DNA from: the human T2T-CHM13v2.0 reference genome, Homo sapiens
Reading direction: 5' to 3' (one strand)
Length of the DNA: 64,000 nucleotides
Assembly: GCF_009914755.1 (NCBI RefSeq)
Contig: NC_060925.1
In this document: in pieces, positions 30,595-47,223 of the stretch
How the letters are laid out: each line of letters begins with the position of its first letter
Position numbering within the stretch: the first letter of the stretch is position 1
Position numbers and translations under genes: made by a program
The notes under the pieces: generated by a model
The model's database searches: none
The model's input: only the letters and a program-made list of their open reading frames with translations
What the model was told of the DNA's origin: nothing

Positions 30595-32197
30595 TCAACA
30601 CTTCCATATTCGGGGTGGGGGGCTGGGGTGAGGGGAAAGGAAGATGAATTTGGGATTTATTTACTCTTTTAGTGACCTGAATGTAGAAAGTGGTTGGAGT
30701 AGGTTCTGGATGTCCTTTAGGAATATAATAACTTACCCTGAGTTGGTTAAGAGACAGCATTTCTATGCTGGCCTCAGAAAACAGCAGAAAGAGGCACTGT
30801 GTGGTGCAATATGGATTTCTTTCTAGCAGGAATTTTAAACAAGTTGTATGGTATCAGAACTGCCACTGGTGACCCACAAATAATTCTCCTGTAAACATCA
30901 TCCAGAAAAGCAGTTGAAAATCTCACTGATCAACCTAGTTGCCATTCAAGGAGGGGACAGACTCTGGTCTGCAAGAAAGCTACTGCCAAGAGCCACCACC
31001 ACTAAATGCTGCAGCCATCATGAACTGCTCCCTTTGCTATGAGAACAAATAATGACAGGACAATGAAAAATTTAAAGCCGAAAGCTCCATCTCCTTCTGC
31101 CATTTTGGGTCTAGTCACCTTTTAATATAGAGAAGGAATGCAGAGACCTGGTGAAGATGAGGATTCACTTGGGGATAAGCAGGGAGTCTACTTCTGGCAG
31201 TTACAGGGATTATAAATTACATAATTGAAACTTCTGACTTCTGATGGGAGCAAAACTAGGAAAATTGTAGTATATTATCTTACAGTATGAAAAATTAGCC
31301 CCAATATAAATAAGATAATCTAGTTGGATTACCACACAAGAGGAGTTTAAAATATGTACAATTACCACTCTAAACCCAAGAAGGACATCTGATAACTATC
31401 CAACATGAATAAACACTGTCTTACTGTAACCTCAGGATTACTATGGCATTAATATATGATGTCATATTAGATGCTATCCAAGGGTTAACTCTTAACACTA
31501 TTTCCTGCAGAAACAGATAAATACTTTATGTGTTAAAAAAAAAAAAGTCAACATACGAATTGAATGCCAGTTTGAATGGTCTTTTAGGACTGAAATTTAA
31601 TGAAAGAAAAATAATGGCTTCATATCTCAGTACATCCTCTCTCCCCAAAGGTAGTATGATTACAAAAAAAGTTATTTAGAATTAAACTATCAGATAGCTA
31701 GATATTGGCTTAAGATAAATTATTTTTTTTTTGCATGCAACAGAAAAATAAGACCAGATATTTTACTTCTAGCATAGAGATGTGGAAGTGGTACGTACAA
31801 GGTTATTAATGTAAGTTTTTAATGGTTCTTGATTGTATTTTGGATGACTGGTAATTCCTAGTTGTAGCTGTGGTCTGCTAGGGCCTACTATAAATAAGTT
31901 CTAGCTCAACAGGTTATTTTTTACTTGCTAAATAAAATAAAAGTGTGAGTCAGTAATTCTTATTATTTTCTCCCTCTTTTTTGGAAACCGGCAGTTTTAC
32001 TGCAGAACTCTCCTCAAGGCTAAGCTAATAAAATACCCAATATTTTTTTCTGACTATGAAGAGACTAAGAAAAGACAACAGAAAAATTAGCAAGTCTTTT
32101 ATAAAAACAGAAGACATATAAACATGCACCAACTTGCTTAAGTCAGTGATACTACACTAACTTATACCAAAACATTTTTAGTAGCACACGTAGGCTA

Positions 32198-32612
<415 letters not shown>

Positions 32613-33403
32613 ATCCTGACAAGTTGAGAAATGAACAGTTATTCACTCAGCAACTGGTGGATTTATTCATAGAGATAGATGTAACTGATTTTAAATGTAA
32701 ATTAATTTTAGTATAGGTATAAGTATATACAATGTATTTAAATATAAGATACGTGAATATATATATATATATATATATATAAAAACTTCCATTTTTGGCC
32801 ATAACAGAGTAAACAGACTAAATTTGTTTTCCTACCATATACAACTGGAAAACTGAAAAAAATATGTAAGATACCACTGGACCACAGGCAGTACAGGACT
32901 GTGATCTTTGAGAGAAAAGAAACAAATGAAGTGAGTCCTATAATCACCCTGGTTTTCTACTGAGAGGCAATTTCTGGACCACAAAGCAGGTAAGGAGATG
33001 GACATAACAACAGATGAGACAAGTGAGGAATAAAACATCAAAAAATTTGGTAACACCTCCAAAATTACAACTGAAGCAGACAGGAAAAAAGCATGAGAGG
33101 AAAAAGAGATTAGCATCTCAGTGACCTATTGGGCAATATGCAACCTAATAAATGTATAATTGGAGTCCCAAAGAAGGAAGAGAAAAAAATATATGAAAAT
33201 GTTAAGACTAAAATGTTTCAAATTTGTAAACTATAAACCCACAAATCTAAGAAGCTTAACAATTTCTGGCAGAAAGAAGCACAACACCACATCAAGGCAC
33301 ACCACAGTTACACTGCTGAAGACAAGAAACAGAGAAAATCTGTAGAAATGCCAAAGAAACAAAGACACATTACATAAAGAGAAAGATCGCCAATTTCCCA
33401 TCA

Positions 33404-33739
<336 letters not shown>

Positions 33740-34768
33740 TCAAAAAAAAAAAAAAAAGATGATAAACAAGAAAGCCATCCATTGAGATACACAAAATTAA
33801 AGTCAAAATAAAGATATTTTCAGATAAAATAAAGCTGAGATAATTTTTCACAAACAGACCTGCGCTGTAAGAAATTGTTAAAGGAAGTTCTTCAGGATGA
33901 AGGAATATTATACTACATGAAAACTCTGATCTAAAAAAGGGATAAGGTGGGCATGGTAGCTCACACCTGCAATGCCAGCACTTTGGGAGGCTGAGGTAGA
34001 AGGATCATCTGAGCTCAGGAGTTTGAGACCAGTCTGGGCAACAGAGTAATACCTTGTTGCTACTAAAAATAAAAAAAAACATTAACCAGGCATGGTGATG
34101 CATGCATGCCTCTAGTCCCAGCTACTCCGGAGGCTGAAGCGGGAGGATCTCTTGAGCCTAGGAGTTTGAGGCTGCAGTGAGCTATGGTTGCACCACTGCA
34201 CTCCAGCTTGGGAAACAAAGCAAGACTCTGTCTCAATAAATAAATAAGGGATGAATATTGTGAGAAATGGTGACTAGGTAGATAAATATAAAAGATATTT
34301 GATTTCTTGTTTTTAAGTTTCTTTAAAAGATAATTTCCTATTTTAAGGAAAAATAATAACAGTGCTTTAAGGTGATTATAACACAAACACAAGTAAATAT
34401 ACATGACAACAAAAGCACAAATAATAAAAGGGGAGAATAGAAGTATAATGTTATAAGATTCTTCCATTATAAAGTGGTATCATATAATCTGAAGACAGAC
34501 TGTAAAAAGTTAAACATATTATAAACTTTAGAGAAACCATTAAAAAATACAAGAAACAGTATATACCTAATAAGCTAGTAAAGGAGAAAAAATATTATAA
34601 AAATACTCAAAAAAAAGAAAGGAAATGAGGAACATAGGAACTTAGAGAAGACAAAAAATATGACAGACATAAAACCAACTGTATTGATAATTAAGTATAA
34701 GGGGTCTAAATATTATAATTAAAAGGCAGAGATTATAAGACTGGATAAAACAGCAAGATTCAACTCTA

Positions 34769-34933
<165 letters not shown>

Positions 34934-37084
34934 TTAAACATAAAAATACAGATAAGATACACCACGCAAACATTAATCGTAAGAAAGCTGGAATGGCTAT
35001 ATCAGAAAAAGTAGACTTCAGGACAAGAAATTTGACCAGCGATAAAGACAGGTATTTCATAATTAAATAAGGGTCAACTTATAAAAAAAAAAAAAAACTC
35101 CTATATACATATATATCTAAAACAAAGCCAAAACTGACAAAACTAAATAGAATAAATTGACTCATGTTTGGAACTTTTAACAGTCACCTTTCAATAATTC
35201 AAAGACTAAGTAGAGAGAAAATCAATAACCATATAAAAGACTTAAACAATAGCATAAAAACCAAACTGAACTAACTGACATTTACAGAAAGTTTTATTTA
35301 AATGACAGAATACACATTCTTTTCAAATGCATGCGTACTAGTCCCCAACAAAGATGTGTCAGACCATAAAACAAATCACAGTAAATTTAAAGGGCTAAAA
35401 TCATACAAGTAGGTTCTCTGAAGAAACAGAACTAAAGTAGAAAAGAATAACAAAAAGAAATCTGGAAAAATCCACAAGTATTTGCAAATTTAAAAATATA
35501 CTCCCAAATAACCCAGGGATGGAAATGAGAAACCATTTTGAACTAAAAGATAATAAAAATGCAACATATCAAAATTTGTGTAATGCACCTAAAACAATGC
35601 CTAGAAAGTTATAGCTTCCAATACTTATTAGTAAAGCAGGAAGGTTGAACATTAATGATATAGTAACTTGCACCTTAAGAAGCTAGGAAAAGAGCAAGTT
35701 ACACATGACGTAAGTACAAGAATGACAGTCATGAAGAGCAGAAATCAAAATAAAACCAGAAAAAGGTAAAAAAGTATTAAAATGAAAAGTTAATTCATTG
35801 AAAAAAATCAATAAAATTGATACGCCTTAACAAAAAGAAAATGTAAGTTAACAATATCAGTAATAAATTATGGGATATCACTAGATATTCTATAGATATT
35901 AAAAGAATAATTAGAAAATAAACATGAACAATTGTATGTCAATAAAACTGACAGGTAATGAAATGAACAAATTCTATGAAAGATACAAATTCCCAATTAT
36001 GACAGAAGAAAGAAAAAGTTGTTAAAAATGAAGACTAAGGAACATTTCCAAACTCAGCTTGTAAATCAAACAAAACCAGAGAAAGACATTATAAAAACAA
36101 ATAAAATTACCAACTACTTTTATAAACAGATGTAAAAAACCTTAACAAAATACAAGTAAAGATAATTCAGTCATATACAAAAAGAATAATGCATCATGTC
36201 TAAATGGAATTCATCCAGATATTAAAATTGGTTTTCAACATTAAAAAATATATATATATAATTCACTATGTAAAGAGAATAGAAAAGGCCAGGTAGGGTG
36301 GCTCATGCCTGTGATAGCACTCTGGGAAGCTAAGGCAGGTGGATTGCTTGAGTCCAGGAGTGTGAGACCAGCCTGGGCAATATGGCGAAACCCTCTCTAT
36401 CAAAAACACAAAAAATTAGATGGGTGTGGTGGCATGCACCTGTAGTCCCAGCTACCCAGAAGGTTGAGGTGGGAGAATCACCTGAGCCTGGGAAGGCTGT
36501 AGTGAGCTGTGATTGTGTCACTGTACTCTCGCCTGGGTGACAGGAGTGAGACCCTGCCTCAAAACAAAAAAAAGAAAAAGTAATGTAATCACAACACAGA
36601 AAATGCACTTGAGAGCATTCATCATCCCTTCAGCAAACTAAGAATAGAAAGGAACTTCTTCAAGGTGATAAGGAATACCTATGAAAAACTTACAACTAAC
36701 ATCATACTTAGTGGTGAAATACTGAACCCTTTCTCTCTCAGACTAGGAACAAGGTGAACATGCTTTCTCTCACCATTTGTATTCAACACTGTATTAGAGG
36801 TACAACCCAGTGCGACAGTCAAGAAAAGGAAAAAGCATATGGATCTGAAAAAAGAAAACTGTCTTCATTTGCAAAAGAGATGATGGCCTATGTGGAAAAT
36901 CCTAATGTACCTTAAAAATAAGCCACTAGAATAAATAAATTGTCTTCAGCAAGATTGTCAGACACAAAGTCAATTATACCAAAATCAGTTCACTTCCATA
37001 AACTAACAATAAATGATAAGCAAATAGAATTTAAAAAATACCATTTATAGTACCATAAAAAGCATGAATCATTTAGAGACAAAC

Positions 37085-37141
<57 letters not shown>
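37085..37141. repeat. (CA)n microsatellite
   Basis: Seen directly. Confidence 0.97.
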
Positions 37142-37143
<2 letters not shown>

Positions 37144-37995
37144 CCTATATACTAAAAATTACCAAACAATGCTTAGAGATGTTAAAGAATACCTAAATAA
37201 ATTGACAGTTATACCATGTTCATAGACCAGAGACTCAATAGTGTCACAATGCCAATTCTTCTTACATTATCTATAGGCTCAATGCAATTCCAATTAAAAT
37301 CATACAAACTTTTCTAGTAGAAACTGGCAAAGTGATTCAAAAATTTAAATGAAAAAGCAAAGACATTATAATAGTTAAAATAATTTTGAAAAAGAAAAAA
37401 TAAAACTAGGGACTTACACAACATGATTTGAAGTTCTACTGTTAATAAAAGCATTAGGAATCAATACAGTGTAGTATTATTAGGATAGACATATAAATCA
37501 AAGGCACAGAAAAGAAATTCCAGAAACAGATCCATCCATAATCAACTGAATTTCAAAACAACTTGGCAAGTTAAAAAAAAAATAGAGTAATTTTTACAAA
37601 TGCTGTTGAAACAACTGCAGGTATGTGAAACAACCATATGTGTGCTAAAACAACTGTATATACAGAAAAAAGTAAACTTCAATCCTTCTATCATACCATT
37701 CCCAAAATTAATTCTAAATAGATCTAAGACATACATGTAAAAGCTGAAACAATAAAACTTCAAGAAAAAAAATCAGAGAAAATCTTTGGGTTGGCAACTA
37801 TTTTTTAGGATGCAAAAAACATGTACAATAAAGGAAAAAAAAAACCCTGATAAATTGGACTTCATCAAAAATTTTAAAATACCATCCACACTTACTAGAA
37901 CAACTAAATCTTTTTCTTAAAGTGACAATATCAAGTGTTGGCAAAAATATGTAACAAATGGAATGATTTTAGGATGCTGGCAGGAGTGCAAAATA

Positions 37996-38933
37996 TAGTC
38001 ATGCACTGCACAATGACATTTTGGTCAACGATGGGTCACATATATGATGGTGGTCCAATAAGATTATTGTACTATACTTCTTAATCATTAATTTAGATTA
38101 TACTCCTTCTACTTATTAACAAAAAAAGTTACTATAAAATAGGCTCAGGCAGGTCCTTCAGGAGATACTCCAGAAGAAAGCATTGTTACCATAGGAGATG
38201 ACAGCTCTATGTGTGTTATTGTCCCTGAAGACATTCCGATGGGACAAGATGTAGAAGACAGTGATGTTGATGAGCTTAACAAAAAATGTTTAAAAAGTAA
38301 AAATAAATAAATACATTTAAAAATGGAAGAAAGCTTACAGAATAAGGAAAAATCTGTACAGCTGTACAATGTGTTTGTGTTTTAAGCTAAAAGTTATTAC
38401 AAAAGAGTCAAAAAGTGAAAAAAATTAAAATTATAAAGTAAAAAGTTACAGTAAACTATAGTTAATTTATTATTGAAGAAAGAAAACATTTTAAAATAAA
38501 TTAGTGTAGCTTAGGTATACAGTGTTGATAAAGTCTACAGTAATGTACAATAATGTCTGGGTCTTCACGTTCACTCACCACTCACTCCCTGACTCACCGA
38601 GAGCAGCTTCTACTCCACCAAGCTCCATTCATGGTAATGCCCTAGGCAGGTGTACCATTTTTTACCTTTTATATTGTATTTTTACTATAGCTTTTCTGTG
38701 TTTAGATACACAAATCCCATTGTGTTACAACTGCCTACACTATTCAGTGTAGTAACATGCTGTACAAATTTGTAGCCTAGGAGCAACAGGCTATACCACA
38801 TAGCTAAGGTATGTACTAGGCTATACCATCCAGGTTTGGGAAGTACACTCTATGATGTTTGTGCAATGATGAAATCAAATCACCTAATGGCATTTCTCAA
38901 AACGTATCCCCATTGTTAAGTGACCAATGAATG
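37996..38933. mobile_element. Tigger3/MER7 DNA transposon
   Basis: TA|tagtcatgcactgcacaatgacattttggtcaacg ... cattgttaagtgaccaatgaatg|TA inverted termini. Confidence 0.8.
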
Positions 38934-40059
38934 TAATACAACAACTATGGAAAAAGGTTTGACAGTTTCTTATAAGGCTAAACTTACAACTACTCTACAA
39001 TCTCATAATGCCACTCCTAGGTATTTATCCAAAAGAAATGATGGTATATAGTCACATAAACACTTATTTATGAATGTTTACAGCGGCTTTATTAAAAATA
39101 GTTCAAAACTGGAAACAAGGGCAATATTAAAGATTGGTGAATAGATACAAAATTTGTTGCATAGTTATAAAATGGATTACTAATAAGAAGGAACTACAGA
39201 TACAGGCAATAACACAAGCATTTCAAAGTATCATGCTAAATAAAAGGAGCCAGGTGCAAAAAATTACATACTGTATCATTCCTGTTATATGAAATCCTAG
39301 AATAAGCAAAACTTAACTTATGATAACATAAAGTGGATTAGCAGTAGCTTGTAGTGGAGAAGGGAGGGGACTGATTACAAAGTGACACAAGGTAACTTTT
39401 TGGGTGATGAAAATGTTGTTATAACTGAATTAAGGTAGTAGTTATACTGATGAATACACTTGTAAAAATTCACTGAATACTCTTAAAATGTATGTAGTTT
39501 ATATTTATGTAAATTATATTTCAATAATATCAATTTTAAAAAGCTGGGAACAAACACACAAGAACAAATACGTATTTTATAAGTTAACTTTAAACTCAAT
39601 ATTGGTCTTTAACAATTAAAAGTCATTATTCATGATTTAAATATTTTCTGATTTCCCAACATAATATATAAACCCCTTATCACTACTATATTTATGAGAT
39701 CTCTGTAACCATTCAGTATAATATCAAAGCCATTTCAGCTATGAAGCTAAATATTTCCCCCAAAATAAGGCACTGAATTATCAAAAAGAAAGGTAAATAT
39801 TTTTGTCATTCCTCTCTCCCTGTTCAATATAGATGGTTTTATATATAAACCTTGCTATTTACTATGATAAGCATTTCCACCCTACATTTCTCCTCCTTTT
39901 ATTAACCAGAAGATAACTATTAAACAAAATCAGAATATAACCCTTCTTTAAAATTTATTTCTCCAAATGTTAAGCATTACGTTAAATTGATGACTTCCCT
40001 CAGAATGAGAATAAATAATGTTATAGAAAAAAGAAACTGAAAAGACTTTATGTTAATAA

Positions 40060-40960
40060 ATTTTAATATTTAAGCCAAGTGGAAAAATTCCTATAAAAAC
40101 TTACCCAACTAATCAAGAAGAAATAGAAAGCAAGAATCATCCTACAGGTATTAAATTCATAAATCGACAGTCAAAAATATTTCTACCTCAGGCTTACATG
40201 ACTTCATCTACGAGTTCAGCCAATATTCAAGAAAGAAATAATTTCGTATTACACAAATTTTTCCACATCAAAGGAGGAAAGAACTCCTTAATTTGCTTTA
40301 TGAAGTTAATATACCCATGAAATCAAAACCTGACATGGACAATGCAAAAAAGGAAAAGATTATAGGCCAATGTTATTCATAAAGACAAATGAAAAAATCC
40401 TAAACAAAATAGTAGCAAGTTGATTTTAACAATATATAAGGAGAATAAATCTTGACCAAGTTGGGCTTATTCCAGCGAATGTAAAGTTGGTTTAATATTA
40501 GGTTAAAAAAAAATTTCACCTACTAGATCAATATTTGAAAGAAAAATATTATATCATGTTAAATAGGTACAAAAAAGCAGTAATATACTTTAGCATTCAT
40601 TTATGGTAAGAACTCTCAGCACATTGAGAACTGAAGGAAACTTCTTTGTAAGGGTATGTATCTACAAAACTCTTACAGCAGACATACTTAATGATAACAT
40701 CTTTAAAAGCTTTCCCTTTGGTGAGGAACAAGTCAACGATGCCAGATACCATTACTTTTATTTAACATTACATTAGATGTTCTGGCCATCAAAATACGGC
40801 AAATGAATAAAGATATAAAGGTATAAGTACTGGAAAAGCAGACACTAAACTTTAATTATTTGTGGATGAATTAATTGTGTGCATAAAAAAATCCAAGGAA
40901 CGTAGAAATGAATAATTAAAATTAATAAGAGAGTTTAGCAAGATGGTTGGATTAAAAATG
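40060..40960 (+). mobile_element. Ancient L1M ORF2 fragment
   Basis: aaaatcctaaacaaaatagtagcaag; aattaataagagagtttagcaagatgg. Confidence 0.7.
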
Positions 40961-42132
40961 GGGATAATAAATAATGGATCCCTTAAGGACTACCTAGATA
41001 CCTTTCTCTTATTTAGAAAAATATGTTTATTGGTTAACTTGAATAGATAATATACACATGTGGTAAAAATTCACACAGTACAAAAGAGTAGGGGAAAACT
41101 GAGTGTCTCTCATCTCCCTAGAGAGTCAACTACTATTATCAGGTGTGAAATCTTTCTAGGTAAATTACCATCATTAATGTAAACCTGAATTGTATAATAG
41201 ATCAAATACATCTTCAGGGCTTTCTCAAAATGTACAGAGTCAAAAGTTTTCTATTTGGTGGTTATATCCTCCCTTTATCTTGTTTTGTGTTTCAGGTTTA
41301 ACAAACAACCCTACTTGCAACTTGAGACTCCATTCTGTTTTAAGTGGCAAGCCAAATTTGATATTCAATTCTAAGCCTCTTCATCACCTAAGAGAGGTCT
41401 GTAGGCTTCTCTTATAGAAAAAACAATTTTACAGAGTTTTCTATATTCATGGAAATGCCAGTAACTGGTTTTCAGGAGGAAATGGACCAGAATTTATATA
41501 CGACAATCTGTATTCCTAAAATCAAATTAACAGGTGGACAAAACATAGACAGAGTGACAGAGTAGATTAAATGTCTTTGGAGTCTGAAAGATTTCAATTC
41601 AAAGCTCTAACGCTTCTAGACTTTTCATTATGGGCAAGTTACTTGACCTCTCTGAATCTCAGTCTCCATAACTATAAAACAATGCTAATAAAACTAAGCT
41701 AACAGAACCATTTTTATGATCAAACAGACACATACATAAGTGCCTGGCATAAAGTATGTATCTTATAAGTGATCTTTAAGTGAGGGAAAATTGCTTCTGG
41801 CTTAGCAGTTCAAGGAAGGCAAGCAAAGGAGCCCAAAATGAACAAAGGGGCAGGAAGCAAAACAGAAGACTATTATGGAGGCTAAAAGAAGAGTTTAAGA
41901 AAGAGAAGCAAGTCAAAATTGTCAAAAATCATGAGGAAATGAAGACTGTTTAGTAATAATATGTTATTGGATTTGGACATTAGATGGTACTGGTAACATC
42001 AAAAGCAACTCCACCAAATGGTCAAGTTTGCATTATAAAGGGCCTTTATAAGTCCCTGGCTAACTTAGCCATTAGAAACTGGCTTTGACAGAGGCTTCGC
42101 CAGAAAGCTACTCCTGATGTCCAAGGTAACAG

Positions 42133-42627
42133 TGTGATGGGTAATTTTAGGTTTCAACTTGACTGGATAAAGGGATACTTAGAGAACTGGCAAAGCACTA
42201 CTTCTGGGTAAGTCTGTGAGGGTGTTTCCAGAAGAGACTGGTGTGTGAGTCGGTTGACTGAGTGGGGAAGTTCAGCCCTCAATGTGGATAGGCACCATCC
42301 AATCAGCTGGGGGCCTGGATAGACAAAAAGGGAGCAGAAAGGTGAATTTGCTTCCTCTCTCCTGGAGCTGGGACACTCTTCTCCTGGCCTTGGCCATCAG
42401 AAGTCCAGATTCTCCAGCTTTTGGACTCTGGGACTTGCATCAATGGGCCCTCAAATTCTCAGGCCTTTAGCCTAAGATTCTGCCATGCTACTGGCCTCCC
42501 TGGCATATCATGGTATGTCTCACCCTCTGTAATCATGTGAGCTAATACCCCAAATAAAAACCCTGTCATAGATCTAACTATACATGTCCTATTACTTCTG
42601 TCCCTTTGGAGAACCCTGACTAAGACA
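42133..42627 (+). mobile_element. MLT2 (ERVL) solo LTR
   Basis: TGTGATGGGTAATTTTAGGTTTCAACTTGACTGG ... GAGAACCCTGACTAAGACA. Confidence 0.85.
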
Positions 42628-42874
42628 TAAAGAAACGCTCCCAAATTGATTCACAGAGAGAATAACTTTCAATCATCACAGTCGTTTCATTATACAGTAG
42701 TGACTTTGGCATGAAGTTTATTAATTTCATGCCACTTTATTCATCCATCATTATCCGTCCATTAGGGTAGATATCACATGCCAGATAATTGTGCTGGGTC
42801 CTGGAATTTCAAAGGAGAATAAGACATGATGTCTGATCTTAAGACCATAGGCCAACAGGGGAAATGGACTTTTA

Positions 42875-43135
<261 letters not shown>

Positions 43136-43469
43136 TCACAGATTAGGTCACAAATGGAACAATGGAAGAATAAAACTTGAAATTTCACAGGAGAAAAGAT
43201 GGATATGTTAGGCAAAGGGACACGGTCATGCACATGGAATAAATTTGAAAAAAAAAAATGGTTTTGGAATGATGACAAATTGTGTGGAGAAAGCAGCTTA
43301 TGTATTAGTTAACGAGATGAAAATATGAGGTGGGGTAAGCATGTAAACTGTAGCATACCAGGGTTAGAAAATAAGTAAGATTAATTTATCTGTGAATTTT
43401 ATTTATGGATAACAAAAGTCAGTGACTGCCTTTATGCAAAAAATAGATAGGAGCAGTTTTTCTTTGGTG

Positions 43470-44062
43470 TTGTAGATCAGAATATGCCATCCCAAAATAT
43501 GCTACTCTGGTGGAAAGATTATTTTGAGCTGAAAGCAACTGAGGAGAGCTTTCTGCTCTCCTTCTATCTGCCTGAAAACAGACAATAAATTCCTCTTGTG
43601 AAAGAGAGGAATTCCCTGTACCCCAGTTACTTCCTGTACCAGGAAAGGGATAACAACCTTATTATTATTACCAAAGATGAGATGGTACTGAGAAAAAATC
43701 TGCACAAACCTCACTAACTAGCCCTTATCTACCATTAGTTTCTTATATATTAATATTTGCCTTCCTATTGTTCATCACTCCTAGAAGCTCAAAGTCCCTT
43801 TCCTTTGTCTTGTCGCTTCCCTTTAAATTTGTCTTCTTGTCTAAATGGTATAAAAACCTCCAAACCGAGCCTTTTCATTGGGGGTTTTCTTTCTACGAGA
43901 TATCCCCCACTATTCCAACCCACCCCTGGCAGCTGATTCATGTAAAACTTTGAATATCAAATAAATTTGTATGCCTTTTCTGTTAATCCATCAGTTGTCA
44001 GTTTATTTCACAGACCTAGCCAGAGAACCTAAGAGGGTAGAAAAGAACTTTGCTTCCCACCA
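43470..44062 (+). mobile_element. MER34-group solo LTR
   Basis: gaatatgccatcccaaaatatgc..gattattttgagctgaaagcaac..aataaatttgtatgccttt. Confidence 0.7.
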
Positions 44063-46850
44063 GTGTTCTATTCCTTCAGCCATCTCTCACCGCACCTCCC
44101 CCTCCCTGGGCACCTAGAGTCATCTCCTTTAATCCTATCTCTTAACAAAACTCTTCAATTCACATGTGTTAAGTTAAATAAGTGAATTCTTGGAAAAGCA
44201 GAAAAAAAATTAAGTTGTGTACTAGAAGGTAGAAGTTAATGATTATATCCGCAAACATAGTTCAAGATTTATTGTTTGAAGTGAATATAATGAAACATCG
44301 TCAAATAAACATTTTTTTTAATATGTGAGGGCAAACTTAACATCTTGAAAAACATGAATGTTACATGTGGGTGTTTTCTGTTATTCTTATTCCCCAGAAG
44401 GAAACTGAACACAGAAAAAAAAAACCCTGAATAATTAAATTATTTAATAACCTACCTGAGTAGACTCTCTACTTTTAATCTCTCATTACAATGCACTATA
44501 CCCACTGCTATGATAATACTCTCATGGGATTATCTTCACAGTGGGCTTTAGGCATTTAATGCCTACAGAAGAAGGTCTAAACTTTTTTTTTTTCTCTCAG
44601 TATGGCATTCAAGACTATAATATCTAGCACACTCTCTGGCCTCATCTCTCAATAAAGTCCCTACTCCACCATCCTACTTAGACACTTTATTAGAAGTTTC
44701 TTAAACATCTATTGCACTTTCCCTCATCTGCGCCTTTGTTTACACTGTTCTCTAGCTTTCTGCAGTATAGCAGAAAGGGTGTACGTTTTACAGCCAGCCC
44801 GACCTGGGTTCTAATTCCAACTGTATCCCTTATTTAGCTGTGTAATCTTGGGCAAATCTGAGCCTCAATTTCACTTTTAAAGGAACTCAAGCATATATGC
44901 CTTAAAAGATTGATGATGATGATTTTAAATTAAGATAGCACTTAGTATACTGCCTGGTTGGTACTTAATAGATGTGTTTGTTTATGGTCTTTTGTCCAGG
45001 TACCTTCCTTTCCCTTTGTCTTTAGACTTCTGAAACCCTTTATATCTTTATGAAGCCCAGCTCAAAAGCCCCTATCTTCATAAAGTATTCCATCATTCTC
45101 CAAGTTAGAAGTAACGTCTTCCCTCTAGGGTCAATAATTTCAGGGGTAATGATCTTATAAAGATTTCTTTCATTTGGGTTCATACTATAGTTATTTATGA
45201 ATATTTCTATTTACTAGGTTGTAAATCACTTAAATGCAGAGAATATATTTTCATATTGCACAATATTTGATGAACTAAAAACAAGTACAGTTGTCCAGTT
45301 ATGTGGATTCGTATATAAAATGTTAAAGATGACAGCAACATTTACTGATTGATCATTTATCTTGTGCCAACTATTTTCTTAGTACTTTCCATGTATTTTC
45401 TAATTTTATTTCAGAATATTACATGCAAGATACTATTAATCTAATTTCACAGAAGAGGAAACTGAGGCACAGAAAGGTTAAATAACTTTCCCAAAGTCTT
45501 ACAGCTAATACTTAATGGTGATAGGAGGCAAACCTGGCAACTTGGCTCCAGCACTCTCAATCAGAACATTACCCCAAGACAGAAGGTAATAAATGACACA
45601 TATCCCACCCTCTACCCTTAGATGTTTAAAAGCATAACCTTGCTAAATAAGGATCTAAAAACAAAACAAAAACAAAAAAAAGCCAACAAAAATCAGAAAT
45701 GTTTTCTCCCCTAAAACAACTTCATGACAAAGGAAGGTAAGTTCCTTGAAAATTTTACTGGGGAAAAAAAGCCCAGAAGATGATTTTTAATTTTAGTTCC
45801 CCTTTCAAGTGGTAGAACACTATTAGTGACACAGAAAATGTAAAGTACACTGAAATACTATTTACATTTGTCCTCTAAAAGCAGAAACTGCAGCTGAGAT
45901 GGCTAGCAAAGTTATAAGTAGTTCTGCCTTAAACAATTTGTCCTATAATCACTGAATTTTCTTCTTAAAGTGTGCCCACTAAGTTTAAATTGTATGTCCA
46001 TTTAAGTCCTTTAACAAGCATTTGATTAAATGGAAATGGTAAATCACTATGAACAACATACAGTATCTGCAAATACAGCTCCCTGGAGGGCACAGAACAG
46101 TGAGAAACATGGCTGAATTTAAATATCCTTCCTTAAGTAAATATAAAGAATAAAAATTTGAGGTAACTAGGCTTCACACAAAAAAACTCACAATCTATAC
46201 TATATCTGTTAATTCCTTAATATTCTCTCCATAAGAGCCTCTTGTCTTATTTGGACAAAGGCATTCTCTTTATGAACACAAATGTCTTGTTTTCTCATTG
46301 CCAGAAAAGAGAGTGTTAATTTGCACTCATACAAAGATGATTTCATGTCACTGAAAATAAAAGACCATACCTGCCTTAAGCTCTTTTTCATACCAAGATT
46401 ATAAACATAAAAGAATGGGCTTTTGCTCCATTTTTTTTTTCTGTCTTCAGGGTGGGCTGTTACTATTTGTACTGCAATTGCATCCTGAAAACTAAAATAG
46501 CTTCTCTCCTCATGTAGGAGGTCATGGACTCTGTGTATAGTCAAATCTGATTTTCACTCAGGATCCTACAGCCACAGAACAATTTCAAATAAATTTGCCC
46601 TTCTTTTGATGCATGATCTATAGTTGCCTTATGAACATCCTCTCCCTTGCCCTTGAGAAGAAATACAGATATAAGATATAGGGATTCTTAAATTTTTCTT
46701 TGTTCAACGCCTTGTTAAGTGATACTATTCAATTGTCCAATTTCATCACTCGTGCTGACATTTTGTTACTTCATCCTATTGGGCCACTGTTGATTTCCTG
46801 ACACGCAGAATCATTCTTTTATTTAAAGCACTTTCTAGTACATCTTTTAA

Positions 46851-47223
<373 letters not shown>

